A DNA stretch of 64,000 nt, taken from an uncultured Pseudomonadales bacterium. Its GTDB lineage: Bacteria > Patescibacteriota > Microgenomatia > UBA1400 > UBA1396. Below are positions 9,859-19,708 of the stretch, piece after piece. The stretch is taken from contig CAYUUK010000004.1 in the NCBI GenBank assembly GCA_964447905.1, positions 14,695 through 78,694 of the forward strand, given 5' to 3'. A program made the position numbers and the translations under genes. The notes beneath the pieces were generated by a model. It worked only from the letters and a program-made list of their open reading frames with translations, was not told the origin of the DNA and did no database searches. How positions within the stretch are numbered: the first letter of the stretch is position 1; every line of letters starts with the position of its first letter.

Positions 9859-11313
9859 ATGAAAGTATCTGTTATGGCACAGCAAGCACGACCACCAGTA
9901 GTAGCAATCCTTGGTCACGTTGATCACGGAAAAACTTCACTTCTGGACTATATTCGCCAGGCGCACGTCGCCGCTGGCGAGGCTGGTGGTATCACTCAGC
10001 ACATTGGTGCCTATCAGGCAGAGTACCAGGGTCAACCGATCACATTTATCGATACGCCAGGTCACGCCGCCTTTTCAGAAATGCGTTCTCGTGGGGCTGC
10101 GGCTACAGATATTGCGATCTTAGTGGTCGCTGCTGATGATGGCGTTAAGCCGCAAACAATTGAGTCTATCAAGTATATTCGCAAAGCTGGTGTACCAATG
10201 ATTGTGGCTATCAACAAAATTGATCTTCCTGATGCCTCTCCAGAAACAGTCAAGGCACAGCTCACTGAGCAAGAGATTTACGTTACAGGCTATGGTGGTG
10301 ACACCGAAGTCGTAGAACTCTCGGCCAAAGAGGGACTTGGTGTCGACAGCCTGTTAGAAACGATCTTAACGCTCGGTGAAATTCTCGAGCTCCAGGCCGA
10401 TCCGCAGGCGCCTTTTGAGGGGGTAGTGATTGAGTCAAGCAGAGATAAGTTTCGCGGGAGCTTAGCCACTGTTTTGGTGAAGCAAGGTACTCTGCACGCT
10501 CGAGATCCTCTCTTTTCTGAGGCTATTGATGGTTCTGTTCGCACAATGAACGATGCGACCGGGGCTCAGCTCGACGCAGTCGGTCCAAGTCAAGCTGTGG
10601 AGATAACCGGATTTAATGATGTCCCAGCTGTGGGTGCGCGAGTTACGTCTGAGCCACAAGAAGTGATTGTCAAGGAAACAGGGGCTAAAACCCTCGATCT
10701 TTCTCAATTCTTAGACGCTGATGTACGAAAACTGCGCGTGCTCGTAAAAGCCGACGTGGCTGGTTCGCTCGAAGCTGTTTTAGGCAGTCTGCCAGAAGAA
10801 AACTTAGAAGTTGTTGCTCAGGGAATCGGTGACATTACCGAATCTGATATTCAAATGGCCGAAACGAGCGGTGCTCGTATCTACGGCTTTAACGTAAAAG
10901 CCAGTGGCAGCATGAAAAAACTGGCCCAGCGCTTGGGTGTCAAACTGAGTACACATCGCATTATTTATGAAATGCTGGAAGAAGTAGAAAAGGCAATCTC
11001 TCGTATGCTAGCTCCAGATCAACTTGAGGAGGTTACTGGAAAAGCCGAGCTTCTGCAGGTTTTCCACATGCGCGGTGAGACAATTCTTGGTTGTCGAGTG
11101 GAAGAAGGGTACGTTCGTAAAAATGACCTGATTCGCTTAAAACGTGAAGAGAATACCGTGTATGAAGGTAAAATAGTCTCGGTTAAGCAAGGGAAAACGG
11201 ATCTTGATTCTGTTGAGGCTGGTGAAGAATGTGGTTTGATTGTCTCTACCAAGTCGGCAGATGAACCACAAGCGGGTGATATCTTAATAGCCTATAAAAT
11301 TATTTCTGAGTAA
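9859..11313 (+). CDS. infB: Translation initiation factor IF-2 (no N-terminal domain)
   Basis: [39 protein letters not shown] and [10 protein letters not shown]. Confidence 0.97.
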   Translation: MKVSVMAQQARPPVVAILGHVDHGKTSLLDYIRQAHVAAGEAGGITQHIGAYQAEYQGQPITFIDTPGHAAFSEMRSRGAAATDIAILVVAADDGVKPQTIESIKYIRKAGVPMIVAINKIDLPDASPETVKAQLTEQEIYVTGYGGDTEVVELSAKEGLGVDSLLETILTLGEILELQADPQAPFEGVVIESSRDKFRGSLATVLVKQGTLHARDPLFSEAIDGSVRTMNDATGAQLDAVGPSQAVEITGFNDVPAVGARVTSEPQEVIVKETGAKTLDLSQFLDADVRKLRVLVKADVAGSLEAVLGSLPEENLEVVAQGIGDITESDIQMAETSGARIYGFNVKASGSMKKLAQRLGVKLSTHRIIYEMLEEVEKAISRMLAPDQLEEVTGKAELLQVFHMRGETILGCRVEEGYVRKNDLIRLKREENTVYEGKIVSVKQGKTDLDSVEAGEECGLIVSTKSADEPQAGDILIAYKIISE

Positions 11314-11359
11314 TTACACCTTCCGTTTTGGATGATTTTCGGGTAAAATACCTTCTATT

Positions 11360-12259
11360 ATGGCAGGAAATGGTATGACAGACTTAACAGCTCTCGCAAC
11401 TGCGATGCAAAAAGCGCAGAATGTGGTGTGTTTTATTCACCCCCAGGCTACGTATGATGCTGTTGCGGCAGCTACCGCGTTTGCCGAGGCAGTAAATGCC
11501 TCTGGACGACACGCAGTAGTGGCTTGCGAAGCTCCAATGCGCCCAGAGTATAGTGCTCTTACCGGCATTTCAGCCGTGCAGCAAGAAGTTGGTAACCGTG
11601 ACTTGGTTATCTCTTTTGATTACTACGAAGAACAGGTCGATAAAGTCAACTACAACGTTGATGAGGCCAACAAGCGTTTTGAGTTGATTATCACGCCCCA
11701 AAAAGGTGGTTCTACCCTCGATCCCAAAAGCGTTCAGTTCCGTCAATCTGGCTTATCTGCTGATGTGGTAATTCTCTTTGGATTCCACAGTTTTGATGAA
11801 CTCGGTGCGTATTACCAAGACGAAAAATACACTATTGATAGTGCTTTCTCAGTTGCCCTTACGCAAGGTCGTATTTCTCCATTTGCCAAACTGCACAATG
11901 CTCTGCAATCTGAAGGCTTGACCTACTCTGAATGGGTGTATTTTGCTCTGCGTCAACTGCAGCTCGGTGAGATGAGTGCCGCTATTGCTTCCAACATCTT
12001 ATCTGGTATTGAGTACGGCACACAACGTCTGACAGACGTTCGCAGTGCACGAACTTTTGAAACCGTTGCTCAGCTTATGCATGCCGGTGCGAGCCGTCAG
12101 CCCAATAATCCCGCTTTTGACAACTTGGCTACGCCAATCCGAGATCAATTTGGCTCGAACACCTCATCTCCGCAGTTTGCTACAAACTTAGGAAATACCA
12201 ACTCTGGTGGATGGCAAGCTCCGCAAATGAATGTGCCGAACGGGCTTAACAACACATAA
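11360..12259 (+). CDS. Degenerate DHH/NrnA-like phosphoesterase-fold protein
   Basis: N-terminal H..YDAVAAA resembles DHH motif I; position after infB; DHH triad is absent. Confidence 0.6.
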   Translation: MAGNGMTDLTALATAMQKAQNVVCFIHPQATYDAVAAATAFAEAVNASGRHAVVACEAPMRPEYSALTGISAVQQEVGNRDLVISFDYYEEQVDKVNYNVDEANKRFELIITPQKGGSTLDPKSVQFRQSGLSADVVILFGFHSFDELGAYYQDEKYTIDSAFSVALTQGRISPFAKLHNALQSEGLTYSEWVYFALRQLQLGEMSAAIASNILSGIEYGTQRLTDVRSARTFETVAQLMHAGASRQPNNPAFDNLATPIRDQFGSNTSSPQFATNLGNTNSGGWQAPQMNVPNGLNNT

Positions 12260-12284
12260 ACGTGTGCTTTTGAAATTTTGAAAC

Positions 12285-12314
12285 AAAAACGGGTGTCAGA
12301 TGACACCCGTTTTT
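12285..12314. terminator. Bidirectional intrinsic terminator
   Basis: AAAAACGGGTGTC-AGAT-GACACCCGTTTTT between convergent genes. Confidence 0.85.
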
Positions 12315-12333
12315 AGATAAGGAGAAAGAGTGG

Positions 12334-13407
12334 TTATTCCTTCTTACTCGACTCTTTTTTGTCTTTTGTACTCTCAGATGCATCAGACTTGGCCTTTTTA
12401 GCCGCTTTTATTTCTTCCCATACTTTCTGCTTGATTTCGTTCATGAGTTTTTCATCACTCTCGAGCAAGTTTCTGGCGTTGTCACGACCCTGAGCGAGTG
12501 TTTCACCATTGTATTTGTAGAAACTGCCCGCTTTTTCCACAATACCCATGTCGGTGGCGACGTCGAGTACGCCTCCTGATTGGGAAATTCCGGAGTCGGC
12601 CATCATATCGAACTCTGTGGTTCGGAATGGAGGAGCCACTTTATTTTTTACGATACGAGCGCGGTGGCGAGTACCAGCAACTTCGTCTCCTTCTTGAATG
12701 TTGCCAATCTTGCGCATGTCGATACGCACCGAGGCGTAAAACTTCAATGCTTGACCACCGGAAGTGGTTTCCGGATTGCCGAACATTACGCCAATCTTTA
12801 AGCGAAGTTGGTTGGTGAAGATAACAACAGTGTTTGATTTGTTAATGACCGCTGCGAGTTTTCGCATCGCTTTCGACATGAGACGGGCATGTGTACCAAC
12901 GCTGTGGTCGGTCATTTCACCTTCAATTTCCGACTTTGGCACCAGTGCAGCCACCGAGTCGATCACGATGACGTCAAGTCCACCAGAGCGAATAAGTGTT
13001 TCAGCGATTTCTAAAGCCTGTTCACCATAATCTGGTTGCGCAATAAGAAGGTCTTCCAGATTGACGCCAATAGCAGCGGCTCTTTCTGGGTCGAGAGCGT
13101 GCTCTGCGTCGATGAATGCAGCGTTGCCACCGTTCTTCTGGGCTTCGGCAATCACGTGGAGACAGACAGTGGTTTTCCCGGATGCTTCTGGACCGTAAAT
13201 TTCAATAATACGTCCACGAGGCATACCACCAACGCCGAGTGCTAAATCGAGAGGCAGACACTGGGTGGAGATGGCGGGAATGGAGTACATATTCTCCATT
13301 TTCTTGCCGAGATGCATGATGGCGCCGTCACCAAAATTTTTATGAATTTGCTTGAGAGCAATATCGACAGCTTCTTTGCGCTGCTTTTGTTGCGTATCTT
13401 GAGCCAT
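12334..13407 (-). CDS. recA: Recombinase RecA
   Basis: [35 protein letters not shown] and KFYASVR. Confidence 0.99.
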   Translation of the reverse strand: MAQDTQQKQRKEAVDIALKQIHKNFGDGAIMHLGKKMENMYSIPAISTQCLPLDLALGVGGMPRGRIIEIYGPEASGKTTVCLHVIAEAQKNGGNAAFIDAEHALDPERAAAIGVNLEDLLIAQPDYGEQALEIAETLIRSGGLDVIVIDSVAALVPKSEIEGEMTDHSVGTHARLMSKAMRKLAAVINKSNTVVIFTNQLRLKIGVMFGNPETTSGGQALKFYASVRIDMRKIGNIQEGDEVAGTRHRARIVKNKVAPPFRTTEFDMMADSGISQSGGVLDVATDMGIVEKAGSFYKYNGETLAQGRDNARNLLESDEKLMNEIKQKVWEEIKAAKKAKSDASESTKDKKESSKKE

Positions 13408-13473
13408 AGAGCCTACTTTCTCTTTTTCTTCTCGTTTCTTTAGTATTTATACAATGAAAAACCAACAAAAATC

Positions 13474-13785
13474 TTACGATTTTTTCGATTGGTGGGCAGA
13501 AAATTTAGGAAATTTCTTTTTTGCCTCTGAAACAGCGGTAGAAACTTCCTCTTTTACCGCGCGATATTCATCTACAAGCGACTGGACCTCAGCAGACTCC
13601 AGCGTGGATTCGAGTGTTGGTTCGAACTCTTCTCGAAGTCGCTGTAGTACTTTTTTGCCTTTATCCGTGCTGAAAAGGAGCGTGCCGAGTGCCCCACCTA
13701 ACACCCCGAGGAAAAACCCGGCGGCAAATCCGCCAGAAGAGGCCGTCTCAGCGGGTTCTGGTACTTGATTAGTCTTTTTTTTCAT
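13474..13785 (-). CDS. YtxH-like membrane protein
   Basis: FAAGFFLGVLGGALGTLLFSTDKGKK followed by a coiled coil. Confidence 0.75.
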   Translation of the reverse strand: MKKKTNQVPEPAETASSGGFAAGFFLGVLGGALGTLLFSTDKGKKVLQRLREEFEPTLESTLESAEVQSLVDEYRAVKEEVSTAVSEAKKKFPKFSAHQSKKS

Positions 13786-14044
13786 GGTGTTTTTCTGTTA
13801 TGAACGTTGAAAATGTTTCGAGGAGGCGGAATCCGGTTTTCATGCCATTGACCATGCCTCCAACTTGCTTGAGAGGAGTGAGCGTAGCGGTGACGGTGGT
13901 TTCAATAACTTCCGTCATTTGATTGAACCGCTGCAGGGATCGTTTAACTTCTTGGAGTACCAGAATTACTTGAACCCCTACGATGACCAGAACGAGGGCC
14001 AATACAGCAGCGACGACGGTGAGAATAATGGCTAGTGGATCCAT
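13769..14044 (-). CDS. Small membrane protein, YtxG/DUF948-like
   Basis: N-terminal TM helix plus coiled coil; ATG 14044 lies 6 nt after TATACT; paired with the YtxH-like gene. Confidence 0.65.
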   Translation of the reverse strand: MDPLAIILTVVAAVLALVLVIVGVQVILVLQEVKRSLQRFNQMTEVIETTVTATLTPLKQVGGMVNGMKTGFRLLETFSTFITEKHHEKKD

Positions 14045-14135
14045 AGCCACAGTATAGACATGAACCGAAGAAAACTGCAAGAGGAGGAGTTTTTTATTCG
14101 TGTTTTTTTGTGTATAATCAGATTCCTTGGAAAGT

Positions 14136-15155
14136 ATGCAGAAAAGACGCTGGCAGGTGGAACGAAGATTAGAGGGTGGAAAAAGTGGAGCTACTGTTGA
14201 GCTGCTAGTAGATCCTGTTTCGGGTGAGCACAGTGTGCGTAAAAAGGGGTTTACGTCTAGTGATCCGAATGAAAGAGATGCGTTCATTCTTGATAAAAAT
14301 CTCTTTGGCGGTGGAGCTCACCTCAATCCAGTCGAGATGTATACATCAGAGGATGTTTGTTGGCAGTTAGCTCCGTATATTGATGGAAATGTCTTTTCTG
14401 AACTTCTTTTGGGAAATGGGGAACAGATTCTTTTAGCGCATAATCTCCGCATGTTGCTAGTAGCCTCAATGAGGAGAGGTGGGTATTTTTCACAGAAGCA
14501 TCTTCAGTCTGCAGCACGTTTTTTTAGCCAGTATCTCTTTCAAGGGGCTACCAAGCCGATGGATGTTCTCGATTCTCTCCCAGGAGTAGAACAGCGCGCG
14601 ATTTGTGGCTACGATTTGCGGAGCGTTTTACTCGATACCGTCGGTTTCTTATTGGAAGAGGAAACGCTTGTACCATGTGGCTTCTATCCGGTGGATCTCA
14701 ATGCTTCCAATATTTTTTCCGTGAATGATACTGTTCAAGTTATTGATCAGCAGTTGTTGTTTAGCTCTCCAGCAATTATCGCCGCCAAGCTACAGTTTGG
14801 GTGGCGTCACTTTGCAACTTCGGTAGATGAGTATTCTTTATCAGTTTTAGCGGCACAAAGAAGCCACTTGATGGGGAATATTCCGTTAATTTCTCGGCTT
14901 GATCAAGTGTTTTTGGAGTTTTTTGCTGAGCAATTCGCTTGGTGTGATCCTGATATCTTTGCCACTATTTTGCAGCAAGTACATGCTATTCAGCTTTTTC
15001 GCAATATTCGTGGTGTACTGCATTATGCGGTGAATACACGAAAAGTGAGTGAACAAGACGTTCAAGACTTTATTTCACCATTTTTTCGCTTAGTAGCCGA
15101 AAACGCTCAATTTCTCTCGAGCACGCGGAGTGATCTCAAACACTCCACTCGGTAA
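14136..15155 (+). CDS. Hypothetical protein, possible APH/protein-kinase-like fold
   Basis: LEGGKSGATV (Gly loop), VRKK, PVDLNASNIF (HxDxxxxN-like) and VQVIDQQ; own TATAAT at about 14113. Confidence 0.55.
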   Translation: MQKRRWQVERRLEGGKSGATVELLVDPVSGEHSVRKKGFTSSDPNERDAFILDKNLFGGGAHLNPVEMYTSEDVCWQLAPYIDGNVFSELLLGNGEQILLAHNLRMLLVASMRRGGYFSQKHLQSAARFFSQYLFQGATKPMDVLDSLPGVEQRAICGYDLRSVLLDTVGFLLEEETLVPCGFYPVDLNASNIFSVNDTVQVIDQQLLFSSPAIIAAKLQFGWRHFATSVDEYSLSVLAAQRSHLMGNIPLISRLDQVFLEFFAEQFAWCDPDIFATILQQVHAIQLFRNIRGVLHYAVNTRKVSEQDVQDFISPFFRLVAENAQFLSSTRSDLKHSTR

Positions 15156-15162
15156 AGTGAGG

Positions 15163-15798
15163 TTACTCTACAGTAACAAAAAGAATTTTTTCGGCTCGTC
15201 GGCCTCGACTATCTTCGGCGGTAATCACTATAGCTCGCTCTCCGGGTGGCAGCGGTAAATCATAACGAAAATTCCCTTCTAGATCGAGAGTAATCACTTC
15301 CGTGTTGATGGTCACCGTGTTGTCAGGTGAGGTGCTGCCGGTAACGGTTACTGGTGAGGTTAGGGTTTCTTGATTAGTGGGCTGAGATACAGAGAGACTG
15401 GGTGGTTGGCTGAGTGCAAACCACTGCCAACTGGCATACAGTGTGCCCAGCAGTGTAATCGCTATGAGCGCCAGCAGGGAGAGAAATCTTGGTGTGAAAA
15501 TGAGATTTTTGAGTTTCCAGCCACGACGCAGGCGGCGCGGGAGTTGAGTGGTGTGAGAAAGCGTGGGATCTACGTCGCGCCTATAGAGCGCGAGCGCAGT
15601 TTCTTCGCTGATACCGGTCTCTTGTGCGAGCAGTAATACGTATCCGCGCACCAGTGGAGCTGCCGGTAATGAGGTGTAGTTTTCGGCTTCAAGATTTTCG
15701 ATAACCTGAACGGGAATTGCGGTGCGACGAGAGAGACCGCCAACGGTCATTTGTTTTTTCTCTCGATACGAGCGGAGAACCTGACCCAGTGTTTTCAT
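15163..15798 (-). CDS. RodZ-like HTH membrane protein with C-terminal Ig-like domain
   Basis: TLGQVLRSYRE...IENLEAENYTSLP...RGYV HTH, a TM helix and PPSLSVSQP..VTGST Ig-like domain; directly downstream of ftsK. Confidence 0.75.
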   Translation of the reverse strand: MKTLGQVLRSYREKKQMTVGGLSRRTAIPVQVIENLEAENYTSLPAAPLVRGYVLLLAQETGISEETALALYRRDVDPTLSHTTQLPRRLRRGWKLKNLIFTPRFLSLLALIAITLLGTLYASWQWFALSQPPSLSVSQPTNQETLTSPVTVTGSTSPDNTVTINTEVITLDLEGNFRYDLPLPPGERAIVITAEDSRGRRAEKILFVTVE

Positions 15799-15804
15799 TG
15801 CGAG

Positions 15805-17967
15805 TTACGCCGCTTGTTCTTTTTCTGACCAGTAGGCTTCGACGGCTTTTTTGTTGACTTCGCGCGGTTGAGAGGCTTTTTGTTCGCCAACCATACCAAA
15901 TTGCTCAAGTTGATCGAGTATGCGAGCGGCGCGGTTGTAGCCAATGGAGAGGCGACGTTGCAAGTAGGAAGCCGAACCTTTCCCATCTTCGTACACGATT
16001 TTGACTGCTTCGTCGAACATATCGTCTAGCTCTTCGCCACCGGGTGCTATGGCCGTGCCAGCAGCGGCATTTTCGAACTTTTCGATAACTTCTGATTGGT
16101 AGTCTGGTTGTTCGTACTGCTTGCGCAGATACTCGATGAGTTTCTTGATTTCGTCGTCAGAAACGTAGGTGCCTTGGATACGACGAGGCTTCGACTCATC
16201 TGGAGGTACATAGAGCATGTCACCACGTCCAAGGAGTTTTTCGGCGCCGGTGGTGTCTAAAACCACGCGTGAGTCGGTGCTGGAAGATACGTTAAAGGCA
16301 ATACGAGTAGGCACGTTGGCTTTAATCAAACCAGTAATAACATCCACGGAAGGACGCTGTGTGGCCAAAACCAGGTGAATTCCCACCGCACGAGCCATTT
16401 GCGCGATACGGACAATACATTCTTCCACTTCTGCCGGCGCAAAGAGCATAAGGTCAGCTAACTCGTCGATAACAATAACGATGTACGGCATGGCTTGGAA
16501 ACCAGACATCTCGTTAAAGCCAGCAATGTTGCGGACACCCACTTCGGCAAACACTTTATAGCGTTTGTCCATTTCGGCAGTAGCCCAACGCAGGGCGGCA
16601 ACAACTTTTTTTGGATCGGTAATGACGGGAGTGAGCAAATGGGGAATGTCATTGTAGAGCGTTAACTCGACGCGTTTTGGGTCAACCATAATGAACTTGA
16701 CTTCTTCGGGGGAGGCGCGGAAGAGAATCGAGGTAATAAACGAGTTTACACAGACCGATTTACCGGATCCGGTGGCACCGGCCACCAAGACGTGCGGCAT
16801 TTTGCTAATGTCGGCGAGAACTGGTTCTCCGGCCACGTTGAGACCCATTGCTACGGCGAGCTTTGATTTATCGTTTTGCATCGTTTTCGAGGTCAACATG
16901 GTGCGTAGAGAGACAAACTCCAGCGAGCGGTTGGGAATTTCGATACCTACCAGTGAGCGCCCAGGAATTGGCGCTTCGATACGAATCTGGCCGGTCGGTG
17001 CCGCAAGGGCAAGCGCTAAGTCGTTAGCCAAAGAGGTAATCTTGGTGAGTTTAGTACCTGTACTAATTTGGATGGCATACTGCGTAACCGCTGGACCACA
17101 GTTCACCTCCATAACGCGGGCTTTGACGCCAAATGATTCGAGGGTGTCCTCAATTGTTTGAGCGTTTTTATTAATGTCTCCGCGGTCGGCGGCTTTTCCG
17201 CGTTTGTTGCTCAAGAGGGTGAGTGGTGGATACTCCCACACAGTAGTACCTGGTTCGTTGGCCAGAGGCGCTTGTGATTGTTCATTGGCTTCGACGTCAA
17301 CAATGGTTGGTTTATTTTCGTTAACCACAAAGGAGTCTGGTTTCTGAGCAGTCTCCACTTCTGTGGCGTCTTTCTGTGCCGCCGCTTTTTTGCCACCCAG
17401 TGAGAAACCTTTGATCGTAAAGCCCGTGTCCTCTTTTTCATTTTTGGCATCTTCTTTTTCAGATTTCTTGTCTTTTTCTGCTTTGGCAGCGGTATCAACC
17501 TCAACCATTGAAGCAAGATACGCAAAAATTTCGCGGATTGAGGTATCCGTAAAGATCATAAAGCCAGCTACACCGACAAGTGTAAAGACAAAACGGGTGC
17601 CAACAGGATGGATCAAGTCTGCAAAGTTGGAGAACAGTGCTTGTCCAGCTTCACCAGTGGTAAAGAGTGTAAGAAAGGACAAGAAAAACAGAAATGACCC
17701 GAGCAATACTTGTGGTTTTGCAAAAGACCACTTGGCGCCGGTAAGAACCATACCTGCGGAAATGAAGACGAAAGGCAGTAACAGGCTTGAGGCACCAAAC
17801 ATATTGCGCAGTACATTATTTACGGCTTGCAGTGACTCGCCCTGACCAGAAAAGGAAACGACGATCAAGCCAGCGACCGCGAAAAAGACTAAACTTCCCA
17901 AAGAGTAAATCGTTTCGAGTCGAAGCTTCAGTTTAAATGGTGATTTTTTTCTTCCCCGACGGGCCAT
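15805..17967 (-). CDS. ftsK: DNA translocase FtsK/SpoIIIE
   Basis: N-terminal TMs, RIEAPIPG, VAGATGSGKS, IDELADLM, LATQRPSVDVITG and gamma domain SASYLQRRLSIGYNRAAR. Confidence 0.97.
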   Translation of the reverse strand: MARRGRKKSPFKLKLRLETIYSLGSLVFFAVAGLIVVSFSGQGESLQAVNNVLRNMFGASSLLLPFVFISAGMVLTGAKWSFAKPQVLLGSFLFFLSFLTLFTTGEAGQALFSNFADLIHPVGTRFVFTLVGVAGFMIFTDTSIREIFAYLASMVEVDTAAKAEKDKKSEKEDAKNEKEDTGFTIKGFSLGGKKAAAQKDATEVETAQKPDSFVVNENKPTIVDVEANEQSQAPLANEPGTTVWEYPPLTLLSNKRGKAADRGDINKNAQTIEDTLESFGVKARVMEVNCGPAVTQYAIQISTGTKLTKITSLANDLALALAAPTGQIRIEAPIPGRSLVGIEIPNRSLEFVSLRTMLTSKTMQNDKSKLAVAMGLNVAGEPVLADISKMPHVLVAGATGSGKSVCVNSFITSILFRASPEEVKFIMVDPKRVELTLYNDIPHLLTPVITDPKKVVAALRWATAEMDKRYKVFAEVGVRNIAGFNEMSGFQAMPYIVIVIDELADLMLFAPAEVEECIVRIAQMARAVGIHLVLATQRPSVDVITGLIKANVPTRIAFNVSSSTDSRVVLDTTGAEKLLGRGDMLYVPPDESKPRRIQGTYVSDDEIKKLIEYLRKQYEQPDYQSEVIEKFENAAAGTAIAPGGEELDDMFDEAVKIVYEDGKGSASYLQRRLSIGYNRAARILDQLEQFGMVGEQKASQPREVNKKAVEAYWSEKEQAA

Positions 17968-18070
17968 AGATTCCTACTTTATCACTTTCACCAAGAGGTT
18001 TACAATACTTACGCCAGGCACTTGTGTGCCAAAGTTTTTGCGTAAAAAAATAAACTAGAGAAAGAAGTCT

Positions 18071-19480
18071 ATGCATCGCACAAAGATTGTTTCGACCATT
18101 GGACCAGTTTCTGATACAGAAGAAATGATGGCCGCCTTAATGAAGGCTGGAGCCGACGTTTTCCGCTTCAACATGAAGCATGGTGACGTGGCTTGGCATG
18201 AAGAGCGTATCAAGCGCGCTCAAAAAGTAGCGGATGAGCTCGGTCGAGCGATTGGTATCCTGATCGATTTACAGGGCCCAGAAATTCGTATTGAGACCAA
18301 AGACAAAGAGCCTATGCCTCTCGATGCCGGAGAAGAAGTACTTTTAGCTACCGACTACGTAGAGGGCAAAAAGACAATCGTTGTGCCAGATGAAGGTGTG
18401 ATCGCCGCTTTGTCAGTTGGTGATGAAGTCCTCATTGACGACGGTTTCATGGAGTTCGAAATTATTGGTGAAGCCAGGAGTGGTTGGCGCATGCGCTCAC
18501 GCGGTTCCTATACCGTTACGCACCGCAAAGGTATGAACTTGCCTGGAATTAAGCTCGACCTCGCTTCTTTAATTGATGACGATTTGAGAAAGCTGGACAT
18601 GGCCTCTCGTGAACATGTCGATTTCGTAGCGCTTTCCTTTGTCCGCAACGCTGAAGATATTCGTATTTTGCGTGGTGAGATGGAAAAGAGAAGCATCGAC
18701 GCTCACGTCGTAGCCAAGATTGAAAACGCCGCAGCTTTGGAAAACATTGATGAGATCATCGAGAATACTGACTCCGTGATGATTGCTCGCGGGGACCTTG
18801 GTATTGAGGTGCCCTATGAGGAACTTGCCTACTGGCAGAAGAAGCTCATCTACAAATGTCGTTTGGCTGAGAAACCAGTGATTACCGCAACACAAATGCT
18901 GCAGTCAATGGTGGAGTCTCCTCGTCCCACCCGCGCTGAAGTCACGGACGTGGCCAACGCCGTTTTCGATGGCTCAGATGCGGTCATGCTTTCTGGCGAA
19001 ACTGCTCAAGGAAAGTACCCTGCGGGTGCAGTGGCTGCTATGCGTCGTATTGTGGAGTTCAACGAAGACAAGGTTATTCTTCCTCCGTTGGCTGATCTTG
19101 GTACTCTTGACCAGACTGAGGCGATCACTCGTGCTGCCATGAACTTGGTATCACAAGAAACTGATTACGATATTGCCGGAATAGTGGTCTTTACCGAGAC
19201 CGGAAACACCGCCCGTGCATTGGCTCGTTTCCGTCCAAGTGTTCCGCTGATTGCTTTGACTCAAGACGAAAAGGTTCGTGATGAGTTAATGCTTGCCTAT
19301 GGAGTGAGTCCAATTTTGACCGAGTTCCCAGAAGGTGACATTATTTCAGTTGATCCAGTCATTGCGCATCTGAAAGAACGTGGAATTGTTGAAGCCGGAC
19401 AGAGACTGCTCTTTGTTCATGGTCACCGCTGGAGTGAGCCTGGTTTGACCAATACGCTTGCTTTAAAAGAAGTAAAGTAA
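18071..19480 (+). CDS. pyk: Pyruvate kinase
   Basis: RTKIVSTIGP, DLQGPEIR, VAKIEN, MIARGDLGIE, ATQMLQSM and MLSGETA. Confidence 0.98.
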   Translation: MHRTKIVSTIGPVSDTEEMMAALMKAGADVFRFNMKHGDVAWHEERIKRAQKVADELGRAIGILIDLQGPEIRIETKDKEPMPLDAGEEVLLATDYVEGKKTIVVPDEGVIAALSVGDEVLIDDGFMEFEIIGEARSGWRMRSRGSYTVTHRKGMNLPGIKLDLASLIDDDLRKLDMASREHVDFVALSFVRNAEDIRILRGEMEKRSIDAHVVAKIENAAALENIDEIIENTDSVMIARGDLGIEVPYEELAYWQKKLIYKCRLAEKPVITATQMLQSMVESPRPTRAEVTDVANAVFDGSDAVMLSGETAQGKYPAGAVAAMRRIVEFNEDKVILPPLADLGTLDQTEAITRAAMNLVSQETDYDIAGIVVFTETGNTARALARFRPSVPLIALTQDEKVRDELMLAYGVSPILTEFPEGDIISVDPVIAHLKERGIVEAGQRLLFVHGHRWSEPGLTNTLALKEVK

Positions 19481-19538
19481 GGTATATATTCAATGAAGCT
19501 CTCTCGAGAGATTTTTTAGAAATCTGAGGGAGTTGAGG

Positions 19539-19580
19539 GAGGCGGGCGCCGCGACAGATGTCGCGGCGCCCGCCTCTTTT
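19539..19580 (+). terminator. Long GC-rich hairpin or terminator after pyk
   Basis: GAGGCGGGCGCCGCGAC-AGAT-GTCGCGGCGCCCGCCTC followed by TTTT. Confidence 0.75.
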
Positions 19581-19708
19581 CCTTCTCCCACCGACTTCCA
19601 CTCCAAGACCACTCGTTCATGCTCTCAATGCATGACTGCAAAAGCGAATCAGAAAGTATTGTTTCTCAAAAAATGTGAGAGAAGGCTTGCAAATCCACTT
19701 TAGAGAAC

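Noticed and set aside
13408-13473. LexA/SOS box upstream of recA
   Set aside because: No CTGT-N8-ACAG or GAAC-N4-GTTC pattern is visible
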